Of a stretch of DNA of 64,000 nucleotides, positions 45,890-55,954 are shown in pieces. Numbering within the stretch: position 1 is the stretch's first letter; every line of letters starts with the position of its first letter. A program made the translations under genes and the position numbers. Source of the stretch: an uncultured bacterium. GTDB taxonomy: Bacteria; Babelota; Babeliae; Babelales; Babelaceae. Location: positions 186,813 to 250,812 of the forward strand of contig CAVRKK010000001.1 in NCBI GenBank assembly GCA_963722385.1. Direction: 5' to 3'. Below the pieces are notes generated by a model. That model was not told the DNA's origin and ran no database searches. It was given only the letters and a program-made list of their open reading frames with translations.

Positions 45890-47779
45890 ATGGCAGGTAA
45901 AATAATCGGCATAGACCTAGGAACCACCAACTCGGTAGTTGCCATCATGGAAGGCGGAACGCCAAAAGTTATCACCAACCAAGAAGGCCAAAATACAACG
46001 CCATCAGTCGTTGCATTCACCAAAGACGGCAAGCGCCTCGTGGGTGTGCTTGCAAAGCGCCAAGCAGTAACAAATCCAGAAAATACTATTTATTCAATAA
46101 AACGATTCATGGGCAAAACCTATGATGAGATAAAGAATGAGACGCAGCTCGTACCGTATAAAGTTGTTCGCCGTAGTAATGGCGACTGCGCGGTCCTCAT
46201 CCAAGGATCTGAATATACTCCCCAAGAAATTTCCGCTGCGATCCTAACAAAGCTTAAACAAGCAGCAGAAAGCTACCTCGGTCAAACCGTCACCGAAGCC
46301 GTCATCACCGTCCCAGCCTATTTCAATGATGCCCAACGTCAAGCTACCAAAGACGCTGGCAAGATCGCCGGTCTAGAAGTACGCCGCATCATCAATGAGC
46401 CAACAGCTGCAGCGCTAGCCTACGGGATTGATAAAAAGAAAAATGGCATCATCGCGGTATTTGACTTCGGAGGCGGAACTTTCGACATCTCGATATTAGA
46501 AATTCACGATGGTGTCATCGAAGTAAAAGCAACAAGCGGTGATACGCACCTCGGCGGCGATGACATAGATGAACGCATTGTTAAGTATATAATAGACGAG
46601 TTTAAAAAAGAGCATGGCATCGATCTCCGCAATGACAAAATGGCTCTCCAACGGCTCAAAGAAACAGCTGAAAAAGCAAAAATAGAGCTCTCAACACTCC
46701 ATGAAACAGAAATTAATTTACCTTATATAACTGCTGACGCATCAGGCCCTAAACACCTCGTCATGAAGCTTACAAGAGCAAAACTAGAGTCACTCTGCAG
46801 CGATATATTCGAGCGCCTTCTAAAACCAACACAACAAGCAATGAAAGATGCACAATTATCAAAAAATCAAATTGATGAAGTTATATTGGTAGGTGGCTCA
46901 ACCAGAATGCCTAAAGTACAGGAACTCGTTAAAGATTTTTTTGGCAAGGAACCTAACAAATCAGTCAATCCTGATGAAGTAGTAGCGCTCGGCGCAGCCG
47001 TCCAAGGTGCCGTATTAACAGGCGAAGTGCGCGAAGTCCTCCTCTTAGACGTTACACCGTTATCACTCGGCATCGAAACTCTGGGCAGCATAACAGCGCG
47101 CCTCATAGAACGCAATACGACTATTCCAACGCGGAAGTCTCAAATTTTTACGACAGCAGAAGATAACCAAACAGCTGTTGATATAAAAATTGTCCAAGGA
47201 GAACGCGAGTTAGCACGAGACAATAAGCTGCTCGGTCAATTCAGGCTCGAGGGAATACCGCCCGCACCACGCAGCGTTCCTCAAATAGAAGTCACTTTCG
47301 ATATCGACGCGAATGGCATACTCCATGTGTCCGCACGCGACAAAGCAACTAATAAAGAACAACGCATAACCATCACCTCAATCAGCGGATTGAGCAAAGA
47401 AGAAGTTGAAACGCTTGTCAGAGAAGCAAAAGAGCATGAAGCGGAAGATAAAAATATAAGAGAAACCGTCGAAAAGCGAAACCGACTCGATGGGCTCATT
47501 TTTGAAATAGAAAAAGCAATCAACACTAATAAAGAAAAACTAGCTGCAACCGACCTCGAAACATCTCAAGCAGCACTCGATAAAGCAAAAACAGCTCTTA
47601 AAGAGCACGAAAATAACCCAGAAGAGCTCCAAAAAGCAACCGACGAACTTACGCAAACCTGGCACAAAATTGCCGCACAACTCTATCAAGCAGAAAACCA
47701 GCAACCATCTGGCAATAATAACGACGATACCTCCAATAAACCAGGAGGCCAAGGTCCTATCGACGCAGATTTTTCTTAA
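45890..47779 (+). CDS. dnaK: Molecular chaperone DnaK (Hsp70)
   Basis: It has [18 protein letters not shown] and [13 protein letters not shown]. Confidence 0.97.
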   Translation: MAGKIIGIDLGTTNSVVAIMEGGTPKVITNQEGQNTTPSVVAFTKDGKRLVGVLAKRQAVTNPENTIYSIKRFMGKTYDEIKNETQLVPYKVVRRSNGDCAVLIQGSEYTPQEISAAILTKLKQAAESYLGQTVTEAVITVPAYFNDAQRQATKDAGKIAGLEVRRIINEPTAAALAYGIDKKKNGIIAVFDFGGGTFDISILEIHDGVIEVKATSGDTHLGGDDIDERIVKYIIDEFKKEHGIDLRNDKMALQRLKETAEKAKIELSTLHETEINLPYITADASGPKHLVMKLTRAKLESLCSDIFERLLKPTQQAMKDAQLSKNQIDEVILVGGSTRMPKVQELVKDFFGKEPNKSVNPDEVVALGAAVQGAVLTGEVREVLLLDVTPLSLGIETLGSITARLIERNTTIPTRKSQIFTTAEDNQTAVDIKIVQGERELARDNKLLGQFRLEGIPPAPRSVPQIEVTFDIDANGILHVSARDKATNKEQRITITSISGLSKEEVETLVREAKEHEAEDKNIRETVEKRNRLDGLIFEIEKAINTNKEKLAATDLETSQAALDKAKTALKEHENNPEELQKATDELTQTWHKIAAQLYQAENQQPSGNNNDDTSNKPGGQGPIDADFS

Positions 47780-47789
47780 GTATCAGCAG

Positions 47790-47820
47790 GCAGGCAGTTG
47801 GACATGTTCCAACTGCCTGC
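47790..47820 (+). terminator. Hairpin downstream of dnaK (putative terminator, no U-tract)
   Basis: GCAGGCAGTTGGA-catgt-TCCAACTGCCTGC forms a perfect 13-bp stem. Confidence 0.4.
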
Positions 47821-48002
47821 ACCTCCCAGAGCCTCTTCTCGCCTGCCCACCAGTGATAAAGCTTACTCTTGTATTGCTCAATAAGTCCCAAAACCGATCC
47901 ATTTTTATATTTAAAAATAAAGGCCTTGCTTTTGCCATTTTATTTATATTAGTATTGATGATGTGATGAAAATAAGACATTGATCATCAAAGGAGCAATA
48001 AA

Positions 48003-48692
48003 ATGCTTAATAAAATCCGTTACCTTATACTTGACATCTTTTTTACCATCGTTGTCCTATCGGCAGGTCCACTTTTCGCCCAAGATCAGGTAGACATAAA
48101 GCAAGTATTAGCCGATAAATACGAAGAAAGAGCAGGCTATATGATCGACAGCAGCGAGCAACAAAGCATTCATAACAAGGGCTGGTCGCCTACGTACGGC
48201 GAAATTACTCCTGAAGGTGCTTCGATACTTATCAAAGAGCTCAAATTAACCAACAAAGACCGTTTTTACGATCTTGGCTGTGGCGTTGGCAAGCTTGTAT
48301 TTCAGATTTTTTTGGAGGGCGGCGTACAAAAAAGCGTAGGCATCGAGCTCTCTCCGTCACGATTACAGTATGCCAAAAAAGTGCACGCCGATATCAAACA
48401 TACCATACCTGCCGACAATCGAATATTAGCGTTTATCGAACAAAACATGCTCGAAGCTGATTTGAGCGATGCCACGGCACTCTACGTAGCCTCTACCTGT
48501 TTTTCAAACGACGTTATGACCAAACTAGCTCAAAAATTATCATCATTGCCTGCAGGAACACGCTTAGTAACGTTAACCGAGCTACCTAACCTTTACAACT
48601 TCCGCTTGGACAAAAAGGTTACCATTCCCATGACATGGTCGCCAAATACCACAGCGTATTTTTACGTCCTTGATCCAAAAAAGCGCAGCTGA
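48003..48692 (+). CDS. DOT1-like SAM-dependent (histone-lysine-type) methyltransferase with N-terminal leader
   Basis: SPTYGEITPEGASILIKELKLTNKDRFYDLGCGVGKLVFQ...VGIE parallels the human DOT1L core [41 protein letters not shown]...YGVE (recalled from memory). ALYVASTCFSNDVMTKLAQKL...GTRLVT parallels [21 protein letters not shown]...GGRIVS. The leader is MLNKIRYLILDIFFTIVVLSAGPLFA. Confidence 0.75.
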   Translation: MLNKIRYLILDIFFTIVVLSAGPLFAQDQVDIKQVLADKYEERAGYMIDSSEQQSIHNKGWSPTYGEITPEGASILIKELKLTNKDRFYDLGCGVGKLVFQIFLEGGVQKSVGIELSPSRLQYAKKVHADIKHTIPADNRILAFIEQNMLEADLSDATALYVASTCFSNDVMTKLAQKLSSLPAGTRLVTLTELPNLYNFRLDKKVTIPMTWSPNTTAYFYVLDPKKRS

Positions 48693-48735
48693 TAAACCAT
48701 AATGCTTCCTATCTTCCGTTAGGAAGATTGCGTTT

Positions 48736-48845
48736 GCCTAATCATGCGCCCCGCATGGTTATGGCATTGAACGAACGAGTTACAAAGATGAGCACTTAGA
48801 GCAGGAGGTCCCAAATCAACGGGTGCAGGGCCGCCGCCATGCCGC
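48736..48845 (+). repeat. Structured palindromic repeat element, partial copy C (hairpin module plus GC module)
   Basis: 48739-48770 (taatcatgcgccccgcatggttatggcattga) matches 30071-30102. 48812-48845 (caaatcaacgggtgcagggccgccgccatgccgc) matches the GC module of copies A and B. Confidence 0.75.
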
Positions 48846-48924
48846 CCACCGCGTAGGTGTGCTCGCCGCACAGGCGCCCCACGCCGCTTGATATAGTCGC
48901 ACCCAGCTACGATATCCATCAAGC

Positions 48925-51900
48925 TCAGCCAACCCACTCCTGAGCAGGTGCGATGATATTCTGCTCCTCAGTCTTCATAGCATCAATAAGACTGCTATAC
49001 TGATCAACAATGCACTGGCTCGTTACGCCCTCAGCACAGACAGAAGCAAGGTAGGTATGGATAAAGCACGCTGAAATTGCCTGAAAAATATAATCAGCCC
49101 ACTCCTTGGTTGTTGAAAGCGCACCAGCTAGGGCCGCTTTTGCCCCAGCCAAATGGCCAACCTGCTCAGGCGTGATAGCGCCACCAAAGAGAAAGTCCCT
49201 AAGAATACTCCGCACCTTCTCAGCAGACAATGACCCCGTAATGAAAACCGTCGCTAAATCCTGAGCCTTCTTGGTTGCCGGATCAATCGGTAAACGCTTG
49301 GCAAGATAAGCTTGAACAACCGAATCCTGTTGAACTTTTGCTTGAGCATTTTGAGCACCTGTCGACAATGCGCCCATAGCACTCGCGCTCGGGTTCACAA
49401 GAACAACCCCGCCACGCTGCGCTTGCTCAGCTATAGTTGTATCAACCGACGTTAAATAAACAAGCGCATCCAAAATAGACTCTCTTAATTTCTTACACTC
49501 ATCTTTTTCATCTTCCCTAAAGCCAAAAACAATCGAGCAATCCGCCATCAGCTGATCGAATGACGAAACGCTGCCACCAGAGGATAAAATAAGCGGTGTT
49601 GACCAACGCGACTTATACCAGCCTACAAAATACTCAATAGCACCGTAAAACAAAGCCTCCAATCCCTCAAGCCCCATCCTCGTAGCCTTCTGCTCATAGA
49701 GAGCAGCCTGCTCAGCATCAACCTGCTGATAATCAGAGCCTAACGACTGGTACAGACCCTGCGCAGTATTAAAATAAGATAATGAAGCAATATAGTGTTG
49801 TTTGCTGTAGTAAGCACGCGCAACATTCTCAAACATTTGCCCTCTCTTTGTTCGCACCGCAAGCCCGCTGACGTGCGCCTGCTGATAGGCACCTTCGGCA
49901 AAGACATACAACTTGGAAGCAAGAGTAAGATAGTTCTGGTATTGCACTGCCCTAGGATCTCCCATTAAAAACGAAGCTACAAAATCAGCATGCTGCTCAT
50001 AACAAAAACCAAGTAATCCTTGTGCTTCAGGCAAACCTAGCCCCGTTAGAGCACTCGGCGAAGCAGCAGTAGCCACATACGTAGCAGCCAAAGCAAAATA
50101 ATCTTGTACCCACGAAACAGCGCTCACCAGTTGCTTTGCCTGTGCATGGTCAAGATTGTCAATGTCAGGTACATGCTGAAAAAATGCACGTTGTGCTACC
50201 AGCTGAGCCCGCTCTTGCTCATCAACGGTAATAAGCTTGAGCAGATCTTTAGAAACTACCCCACCACGCATATATGCTATTTTCTCAAAAAAAGCATACA
50301 CTTGCGACAAATAAGCCTGCTGTATATTACGCTGCAAAGCATTTACCCGCTCCTGGGCGTACTTCTGCTGGCTCGAAGAAGCCGTCTTAAAGCTCTGGTA
50401 CTGATTAAGCGCAAAAGCATAAGCCAGAACCGCCGTAGGATCTACCTGCTCACTTTTTTGCCCCATAGGCACAGGGAAAACGGGAATATTACAGTAAACA
50501 AGCGCTGGCAACCGTCCCGCTGGCGCTAAAAAAGTCAGCGTTGTTTTAATCGCAAGACCATCTAATTTAGTCCCATGCGCCATCAGGTCGGCCAAATGCG
50601 TACGATAGCTCTGCGCAGCTTGGACATAAGGCACAAAGGCTGGATCGGCAACAGCTTCAGATCCTACGACGCTCGCCACATAGTCGTGGGTAAAGCTCCC
50701 TACAAGCCCCGCTGCCATGAGATGCTGATATAAGTATGCTGCAGCAGCTACGATACGTAAATCCTCCTCGAGCGACACTCTTAAGCTCGCGTCATTCTTG
50801 TTTTTACTATAAGCCGCATAGTCGCTAAAAAGAGCTGCTGGCGTCAAAGCGGGCTTTTGCGGCAATTGAACGAGCCATGGTGATAAGAAATATTGGCCGT
50901 ACACGGGAAGGCCTCCGAGAAAAGAGCTAAACCTGGTGGTATTAGGCAGCCCAACCTTAGCGGCATCAGCTACCATATCAGCCAAGGCAAGCGCACCCTC
51001 TATCTGACTTAAAAGCGCCATCTCGTGACCAAGCTGCACATTGCCAATATTGTTATAAGCTGTACCGGCTTGCGCATAGGCGCCAGCCGCAATGCCACGA
51101 TAGCCCGTAGACAAGGTACATTCAGCTGCTTGCAGCGGAACCTGCGCTGCTCCAACAAGAGCAGTAGCCCGCTCCACCGCCCAATCACCTTGCTTTTGAG
51201 AAAGCTGGGCTAATTGCAGCATAAGCGACCCAAGTGGCAAAGCACGTATGTTAGAAAAAAGTGGCGAACTATATATAACATTCCCACTGCCCTGAGCTTT
51301 AACAAACAATGCCTTTAAATCAGGAACAGCCTGCATAAGCGCATCTTTTTGATCACTCAACGCTAATGAAACGCGAGCGACCAATGAATCAGCTCGCTCT
51401 TGCCATAACTGCAAAGAACGTACGGCTTGCAAGACCTCAGCATAGCCCTGCTTGGGGTCGAGGTGCAATGCAGCAGCCTGACCCGCCAAAATTCTGGCCT
51501 GCTCAACAAATTTTTCCAGCCAATGTTGCATTTTTAATAAGAGCTCCGAAACATGCGGTACCGATACGCCGCCAACTGCATCTAGGAGATAAAGACGATA
51601 CTGCGCAACAACACGTAACCATGCATCAGCCTCGGGGCCCATAGCATATGACTGGACATAACCAAGCAGACAATCCCGATAAAGAGTAGGCCCATCTTTA
51701 AATAATACCGATTGCCCCCCTGCATGCCAAATCGTGTAGACAGCAAGTGTCGCACTCAGCGCGGATTCCCAAAGGGCAACCAATGATGCATTGACGTCAG
51801 ACTTATTGCTTTTTGCTTGCTCATCAGCACTTTGAGCAGCAGCCAAGGCCTGACGAGCAGACTGCACAATCGCCGTAACGCGCCGTAATGAGCGCATGAT

Positions 51901-53835
51901 ATCTTGACGCACATCAGCAGATAAATACTGCTGATAAGAAAAGGCCGCGAGGTAATAATCAGCAAGCAATACCTGGTGCGCATCTCCCGTACCAGCAGCC
52001 ACAACAACCGAAGCAGCAAGCACCCGGTACCGATGGGCAAGAAAGCCACCAATAAACGTAGCAAACGAACTCGACGGCAAAAATGTATAAAATGGTACAA
52101 AAACATGCACTCTTTTTGCACCAGCTATTCGAATCAAACTTTGATACGATGAGTCTGACGTAGCCAATAACGACAGAGCCGAGGCAGCGAGCTTCTGCAC
52201 CTGAGCAACCACAAGAGCATTACGCTCCCCGCCCAAAAGCTTCATCGCCTGTGCTAAAAGTGAGCCAGCCGAACCGCAATTATCAAAGATAGTTTTGCCT
52301 GTCATCAGCGTAAGCTGATTACCGATGTACTGCGTCTGCATACTGGTCAATAATGGCCCATTAGAGTACAGCGTACTTCCCGTCTGGGAAGCAATTTGGT
52401 ACTGAACATTGGCCCGATCATACAAAGCCCCTGCCGCCCGGCAGGCATCTGCCAGCGAACCAAAAACATCCTGAAAGGTATCTTTGTTTTTGAGATCAGT
52501 CGTTTGGATAAAAGAGGCAGCTTGAGCAAAACGCTTCTGATAAGCCCCGACGAAATTTTTAAGCTTGGTACCAGCCTGAGCAAAATATGAATCAGCCAGA
52601 AGTAAAGCACTTGCCTGCTGTATATGCTGAGCCAGCCAGGATGCACCACCTGCTTGTAACGGCGCGATAGCCTGCCCGAGAGCAGCAACCTGAGCATCAA
52701 GGCCGCCACTGGCCAACGCAGCATCAAGAAGCTTAATCGCCTCGTCCAGACTCCGGTAAAATCCCTGAAAGCGAGCTTGAAGCGCCTCAAAGTCCCCACC
52801 AGTCATTCCCTTATAGGCATCAGCAGCCAGCTTAACATACGTGCACGCTTTTTCCAGAAAAAGCCGGTTATGCGACCGTGATCCTACCATATCAGCAAGA
52901 GCAATAAGCAAATCTTCGGGCCTCATAGCAGCGAGCTGGTTCTGATAGGCATTATACGCTATCTGCGCCATTGACAGATGAAAGGACTGCAACGCTTGCT
53001 GAGCATTGGCAAAGCCAGAAATTACAAGATCTTCGCGCCAAGCACTCTGCGCCTGCTGAAAATAGAGCTGTGCCTGCGCCACAACCGATGCTGACGCGGC
53101 GGATTGCGGACGCTCAGCTAGGTCGCTCAGTGCCAAAGTATAGGTTGCCACCAAGAGGCCCTTCGTTGATGAGCCATAGGGCTGATACAGCGCATCCCAA
53201 TTTTTTGCCACGTAAGGTTTTGCCCGTAGCACCGCAGTATCGTAGCGCTTTGCTTGCACCGATAGCTGATTCGCTAGACCCGTATAATCTTTGCCAACAG
53301 ATTTGAAATAAATTATGGTATTTTTTAACGCTTGAAGATTATGCAAAAACAAGGACATCGTACGCTTAATTACCGAAATGACATAATTGTTGCTTACCGT
53401 GCCATCAATGACAAAATGAGGAACTGAGCCATTCATCGTGATAGCAGGATCGGTATAAGCCTTGGCAAAAGCACTAATGGCGCTTTGATAAGCACTAATA
53501 GCAGCTTGATCAATTGGTCGATACGTGATCTTAACCCCGCCAATTTGCGCAAACCCTTCACCCGTTAAGCGTATGGCTGAGTTATATGCTTTCTCCGCTT
53601 GCTGAAAATAACGACTCCGCCATAAAAAGATAATCGGTGAAACAACAGGCTTCACCTTAGACTTACCGCCAATGGTTGCACCACCAGCCCCATGTTGAAT
53701 AGGTGCCTGTCCACCAATACCAGCAGGTTGCCGTGAGGCAATGCTGCCTCCCGGCGCTCCAATACTCGGGCCGATCATGGCGTGCACATCGCCATAAATA
53801 ACCAAACAAATAAGTGAAAAGTAGATATAACGCAT
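48925..53835 (-). CDS. Giant secreted hypothetical protein (1636 aa), Ala/Gln/Tyr-rich, predicted helical
   Basis: This is an uninterrupted 4.9-kb ORF with the leader MRYIYFSLICLVIYGDVHA. I recognised no catalytic motif. Confidence 0.75.
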   Translation of the reverse strand: MRYIYFSLICLVIYGDVHAMIGPSIGAPGGSIASRQPAGIGGQAPIQHGAGGATIGGKSKVKPVVSPIIFLWRSRYFQQAEKAYNSAIRLTGEGFAQIGGVKITYRPIDQAAISAYQSAISAFAKAYTDPAITMNGSVPHFVIDGTVSNNYVISVIKRTMSLFLHNLQALKNTIIYFKSVGKDYTGLANQLSVQAKRYDTAVLRAKPYVAKNWDALYQPYGSSTKGLLVATYTLALSDLAERPQSAASASVVAQAQLYFQQAQSAWREDLVISGFANAQQALQSFHLSMAQIAYNAYQNQLAAMRPEDLLIALADMVGSRSHNRLFLEKACTYVKLAADAYKGMTGGDFEALQARFQGFYRSLDEAIKLLDAALASGGLDAQVAALGQAIAPLQAGGASWLAQHIQQASALLLADSYFAQAGTKLKNFVGAYQKRFAQAASFIQTTDLKNKDTFQDVFGSLADACRAAGALYDRANVQYQIASQTGSTLYSNGPLLTSMQTQYIGNQLTLMTGKTIFDNCGSAGSLLAQAMKLLGGERNALVVAQVQKLAASALSLLATSDSSYQSLIRIAGAKRVHVFVPFYTFLPSSSFATFIGGFLAHRYRVLAASVVVAAGTGDAHQVLLADYYLAAFSYQQYLSADVRQDIMRSLRRVTAIVQSARQALAAAQSADEQAKSNKSDVNASLVALWESALSATLAVYTIWHAGGQSVLFKDGPTLYRDCLLGYVQSYAMGPEADAWLRVVAQYRLYLLDAVGGVSVPHVSELLLKMQHWLEKFVEQARILAGQAAALHLDPKQGYAEVLQAVRSLQLWQERADSLVARVSLALSDQKDALMQAVPDLKALFVKAQGSGNVIYSSPLFSNIRALPLGSLMLQLAQLSQKQGDWAVERATALVGAAQVPLQAAECTLSTGYRGIAAGAYAQAGTAYNNIGNVQLGHEMALLSQIEGALALADMVADAAKVGLPNTTRFSSFLGGLPVYGQYFLSPWLVQLPQKPALTPAALFSDYAAYSKNKNDASLRVSLEEDLRIVAAAAYLYQHLMAAGLVGSFTHDYVASVVGSEAVADPAFVPYVQAAQSYRTHLADLMAHGTKLDGLAIKTTLTFLAPAGRLPALVYCNIPVFPVPMGQKSEQVDPTAVLAYAFALNQYQSFKTASSSQQKYAQERVNALQRNIQQAYLSQVYAFFEKIAYMRGGVVSKDLLKLITVDEQERAQLVAQRAFFQHVPDIDNLDHAQAKQLVSAVSWVQDYFALAATYVATAASPSALTGLGLPEAQGLLGFCYEQHADFVASFLMGDPRAVQYQNYLTLASKLYVFAEGAYQQAHVSGLAVRTKRGQMFENVARAYYSKQHYIASLSYFNTAQGLYQSLGSDYQQVDAEQAALYEQKATRMGLEGLEALFYGAIEYFVGWYKSRWSTPLILSSGGSVSSFDQLMADCSIVFGFREDEKDECKKLRESILDALVYLTSVDTTIAEQAQRGGVVLVNPSASAMGALSTGAQNAQAKVQQDSVVQAYLAKRLPIDPATKKAQDLATVFITGSLSAEKVRSILRDFLFGGAITPEQVGHLAGAKAALAGALSTTKEWADYIFQAISACFIHTYLASVCAEGVTSQCIVDQYSSLIDAMKTEEQNIIAPAQEWVG

Positions 53836-53905
53836 AAGCTAGCTCCTACGACGCACGTAACAAGCTCTAGCCTAGCATGATCAGATAACTTCTAAGAATA
53901 GTTTT

Positions 53906-53940
53906 AAAAAAAGCGGCGATCTCTTTGATAGAGATCGCCG
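53906..53940 (-). terminator. Rho-independent terminator of the 53958-55130 gene
   Basis: On the minus strand, CGGCGATCTCT-atcaa-AGAGATCGCCG forms an 11-bp stem followed by a T7 run. Confidence 0.75.
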
Positions 53941-53957
53941 TGCTTCTGAGAAAATAC

Positions 53958-55130
53958 TTACAGAATTCTAAAATTTGAGACTAATTTTATAGCGTTTTCG
54001 AGGACTAGCCTTGCAGCACCATCAGAATGGCGTCGTAGCATAGCGTCATGCAAAAGCTGCCTAATTTTGAGACGCCCCTCACCAGCAGTGTAGCCTATCT
54101 GCTCACGCGTCTGTTGCCATGGAACATGCGGAAGCGAACTAAATACGGTCATCAGATCAAGATTAAGCGAATTGCGGTGATCATAGTCAATCAAGTACTC
54201 TGCTATTTCAACATTACCTCCAGCAGCGGCCTCATGCAAAGCCTTTTCCAAGGCCGATTTAACGCCTTTTCTCGAAGCATCCAACTTTTCAAGCAGAACT
54301 TTGAAATAATCTATCTTGCCCAACTGAGCAGAAAGAATAACGAGCTGTTGTAAAAATCCTTGAGTACATTCCATCATACCCATAAGTTCAGCAAGCAAAT
54401 CGGCTTGAACAACTTCATTATCATTAAGAAGCTCTAAAACACCACCTGCTAGCTGTTCTTCGCTCGTCGGTTCTTTATCTTCAGCAAGAAGTCTTTTAGC
54501 AATACGTATGGTATTGGGGCTATTTGACAATAATAGCTCTAAGTGCAACCCGGCATCGGACACCGTCAAAACTTCAGGATGAGCTAATTCTCTTATGACC
54601 TGGTCAAGCACCTGATAAAATTGAGGCTCACTTGGATCTAATGCAATCAACGTGAAGAAAGCGCTTGCGTCTGCAATACTTAACATATTGCGCTCAGAAA
54701 GACGTATGCCCGGTCCTCTATGAACCAATCTCTTAAACATCTCTTTATGGCCCCAACGAGCAACCAGAATAACTAATCTCTGCCAAAATCCCTCCGACAA
54801 CTTCACTTTGCTCAACATCGTCTCGAGCAAATCAACCTGACCATTCTCAACAGCGCCAATAATCGCGAGGGATAGCTCCCGTTTACGCGAATACCCTGTG
54901 TCTGCTTCTTCGGCAGCCCGCATTAACGCCCGTTCCAAGCGAGGATCCCGGAGTGTTAGTTCAAAGGCACCGCCCGCATCGGCTATCGTAAGCACGTCCT
55001 CACTTCGAGTTTCAACGCTACGAGTTTCAACGCCTTGGCTTCTCTCTTCCTGAGGCGCCTCCATAGCCATCATGCCAGCGCCACCAAGCGCTATCAAGGA
55101 AAGGCTAACTGCTTGCAATAATTTTGACAT
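53958..55130 (-). CDS. Secreted protein with degenerate ankyrin-like repeats
   Basis: It has the leader MSKLLQAVSLSLIALGGAGMMA and ANK-like units (AIIGAVENGQVDLLETML; ALHEAAAGGNVEIAEYLIDY). It also has a VETRS-VETRS tandem duplication. Confidence 0.5.
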   Translation of the reverse strand: MSKLLQAVSLSLIALGGAGMMAMEAPQEERSQGVETRSVETRSEDVLTIADAGGAFELTLRDPRLERALMRAAEEADTGYSRKRELSLAIIGAVENGQVDLLETMLSKVKLSEGFWQRLVILVARWGHKEMFKRLVHRGPGIRLSERNMLSIADASAFFTLIALDPSEPQFYQVLDQVIRELAHPEVLTVSDAGLHLELLLSNSPNTIRIAKRLLAEDKEPTSEEQLAGGVLELLNDNEVVQADLLAELMGMMECTQGFLQQLVILSAQLGKIDYFKVLLEKLDASRKGVKSALEKALHEAAAGGNVEIAEYLIDYDHRNSLNLDLMTVFSSLPHVPWQQTREQIGYTAGEGRLKIRQLLHDAMLRRHSDGAARLVLENAIKLVSNFRIL

Positions 55131-55242
55131 ACACGATCCCTTCTTAAAGTAAACTTTATTAATTTAGTCTAAAATCCAGTCTAACAAATATTACAAATAG
55201 CGCAATAATAATTTATTGCCGTAAATACTATTTTCAAGAATC

Positions 55243-55860
55243 TCAGACTACAACAATTTCCGCAAACTCCTTTTTATGAAGCTTACCTGTGCTAACCTCT
55301 TTATAAACAATCTTCTCTTTGGGGCTTTCCGCCAATTTTTCTAAGAGCTCACGTTGCCTTCGCTCTTCATCCAAGCGGTCAGCCTCAATTCTCCTCATCT
55401 CAAGAAAGCGCGACTCTTCACGATAGTCAGCATCAGTTTTTATTATTTTCAGCACCGACATAAGCCCGTCGCGCATCGATTCGAGTCGGCGATACAGTGG
55501 TATATTAACCAACAAACGCCCTCCCAAACCTCCTAGATGCCCATTAACAGAATCAATGTCATCCTCAATAAATCGCGCCACCGCATGAAGCGGTGTAGCT
55601 TCGCGTGAAAAACTGTTTGATCGAAACATCCAATCAAACCAACCCTTCTTTTCAGCATAACTTGTCGTTCCTAAGTCTCGCGCCAGCGCTATGATCTTTT
55701 CATCGTCAGGCGTATCAAGAAGCTCCTCGTAACGAAGGGAGACTTGCTGGTAACAATGCTGTGCATTTTCTAAAATTTGATCATCAGATTGGTAAAGGCA
55801 ACCGGGCAGAGCAAGTATGCCAAGACATAGTAAAGCCAAACGAAATAAATAACAAATCAC
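55243..55860 (-). CDS. Putative lipoprotein
   Basis: I moved the start to GTG 55860, which has GGAG 5 nt upstream. The leader VICYLFRLALLCLGILALPGC ends in a lipobox-like L-P-G-C. This start removes the overlap with the upstream gene. Confidence 0.5.
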   Translation of the reverse strand: MICYLFRLALLCLGILALPGCLYQSDDQILENAQHCYQQVSLRYEELLDTPDDEKIIALARDLGTTSYAEKKGWFDWMFRSNSFSREATPLHAVARFIEDDIDSVNGHLGGLGGRLLVNIPLYRRLESMRDGLMSVLKIIKTDADYREESRFLEMRRIEADRLDEERRQRELLEKLAESPKEKIVYKEVSTGKLHKKEFAEIVVV

Positions 55861-55954
55861 AAAAACTCCATCATGCACAATTAAAATAAAAAACAATCTA
55901 ATTATAAAGAAACGGAAAATATTTGCAAGAACATGGTAAACCGATATCACCGAT

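Noticed and set aside
55005-55035. 15-nt tandem duplication encoding VETRS-VETRS in gene 53958-55130.
   Set aside because: This is a real but trivial in-frame duplication in a low-complexity N-terminal region. It implies no function.
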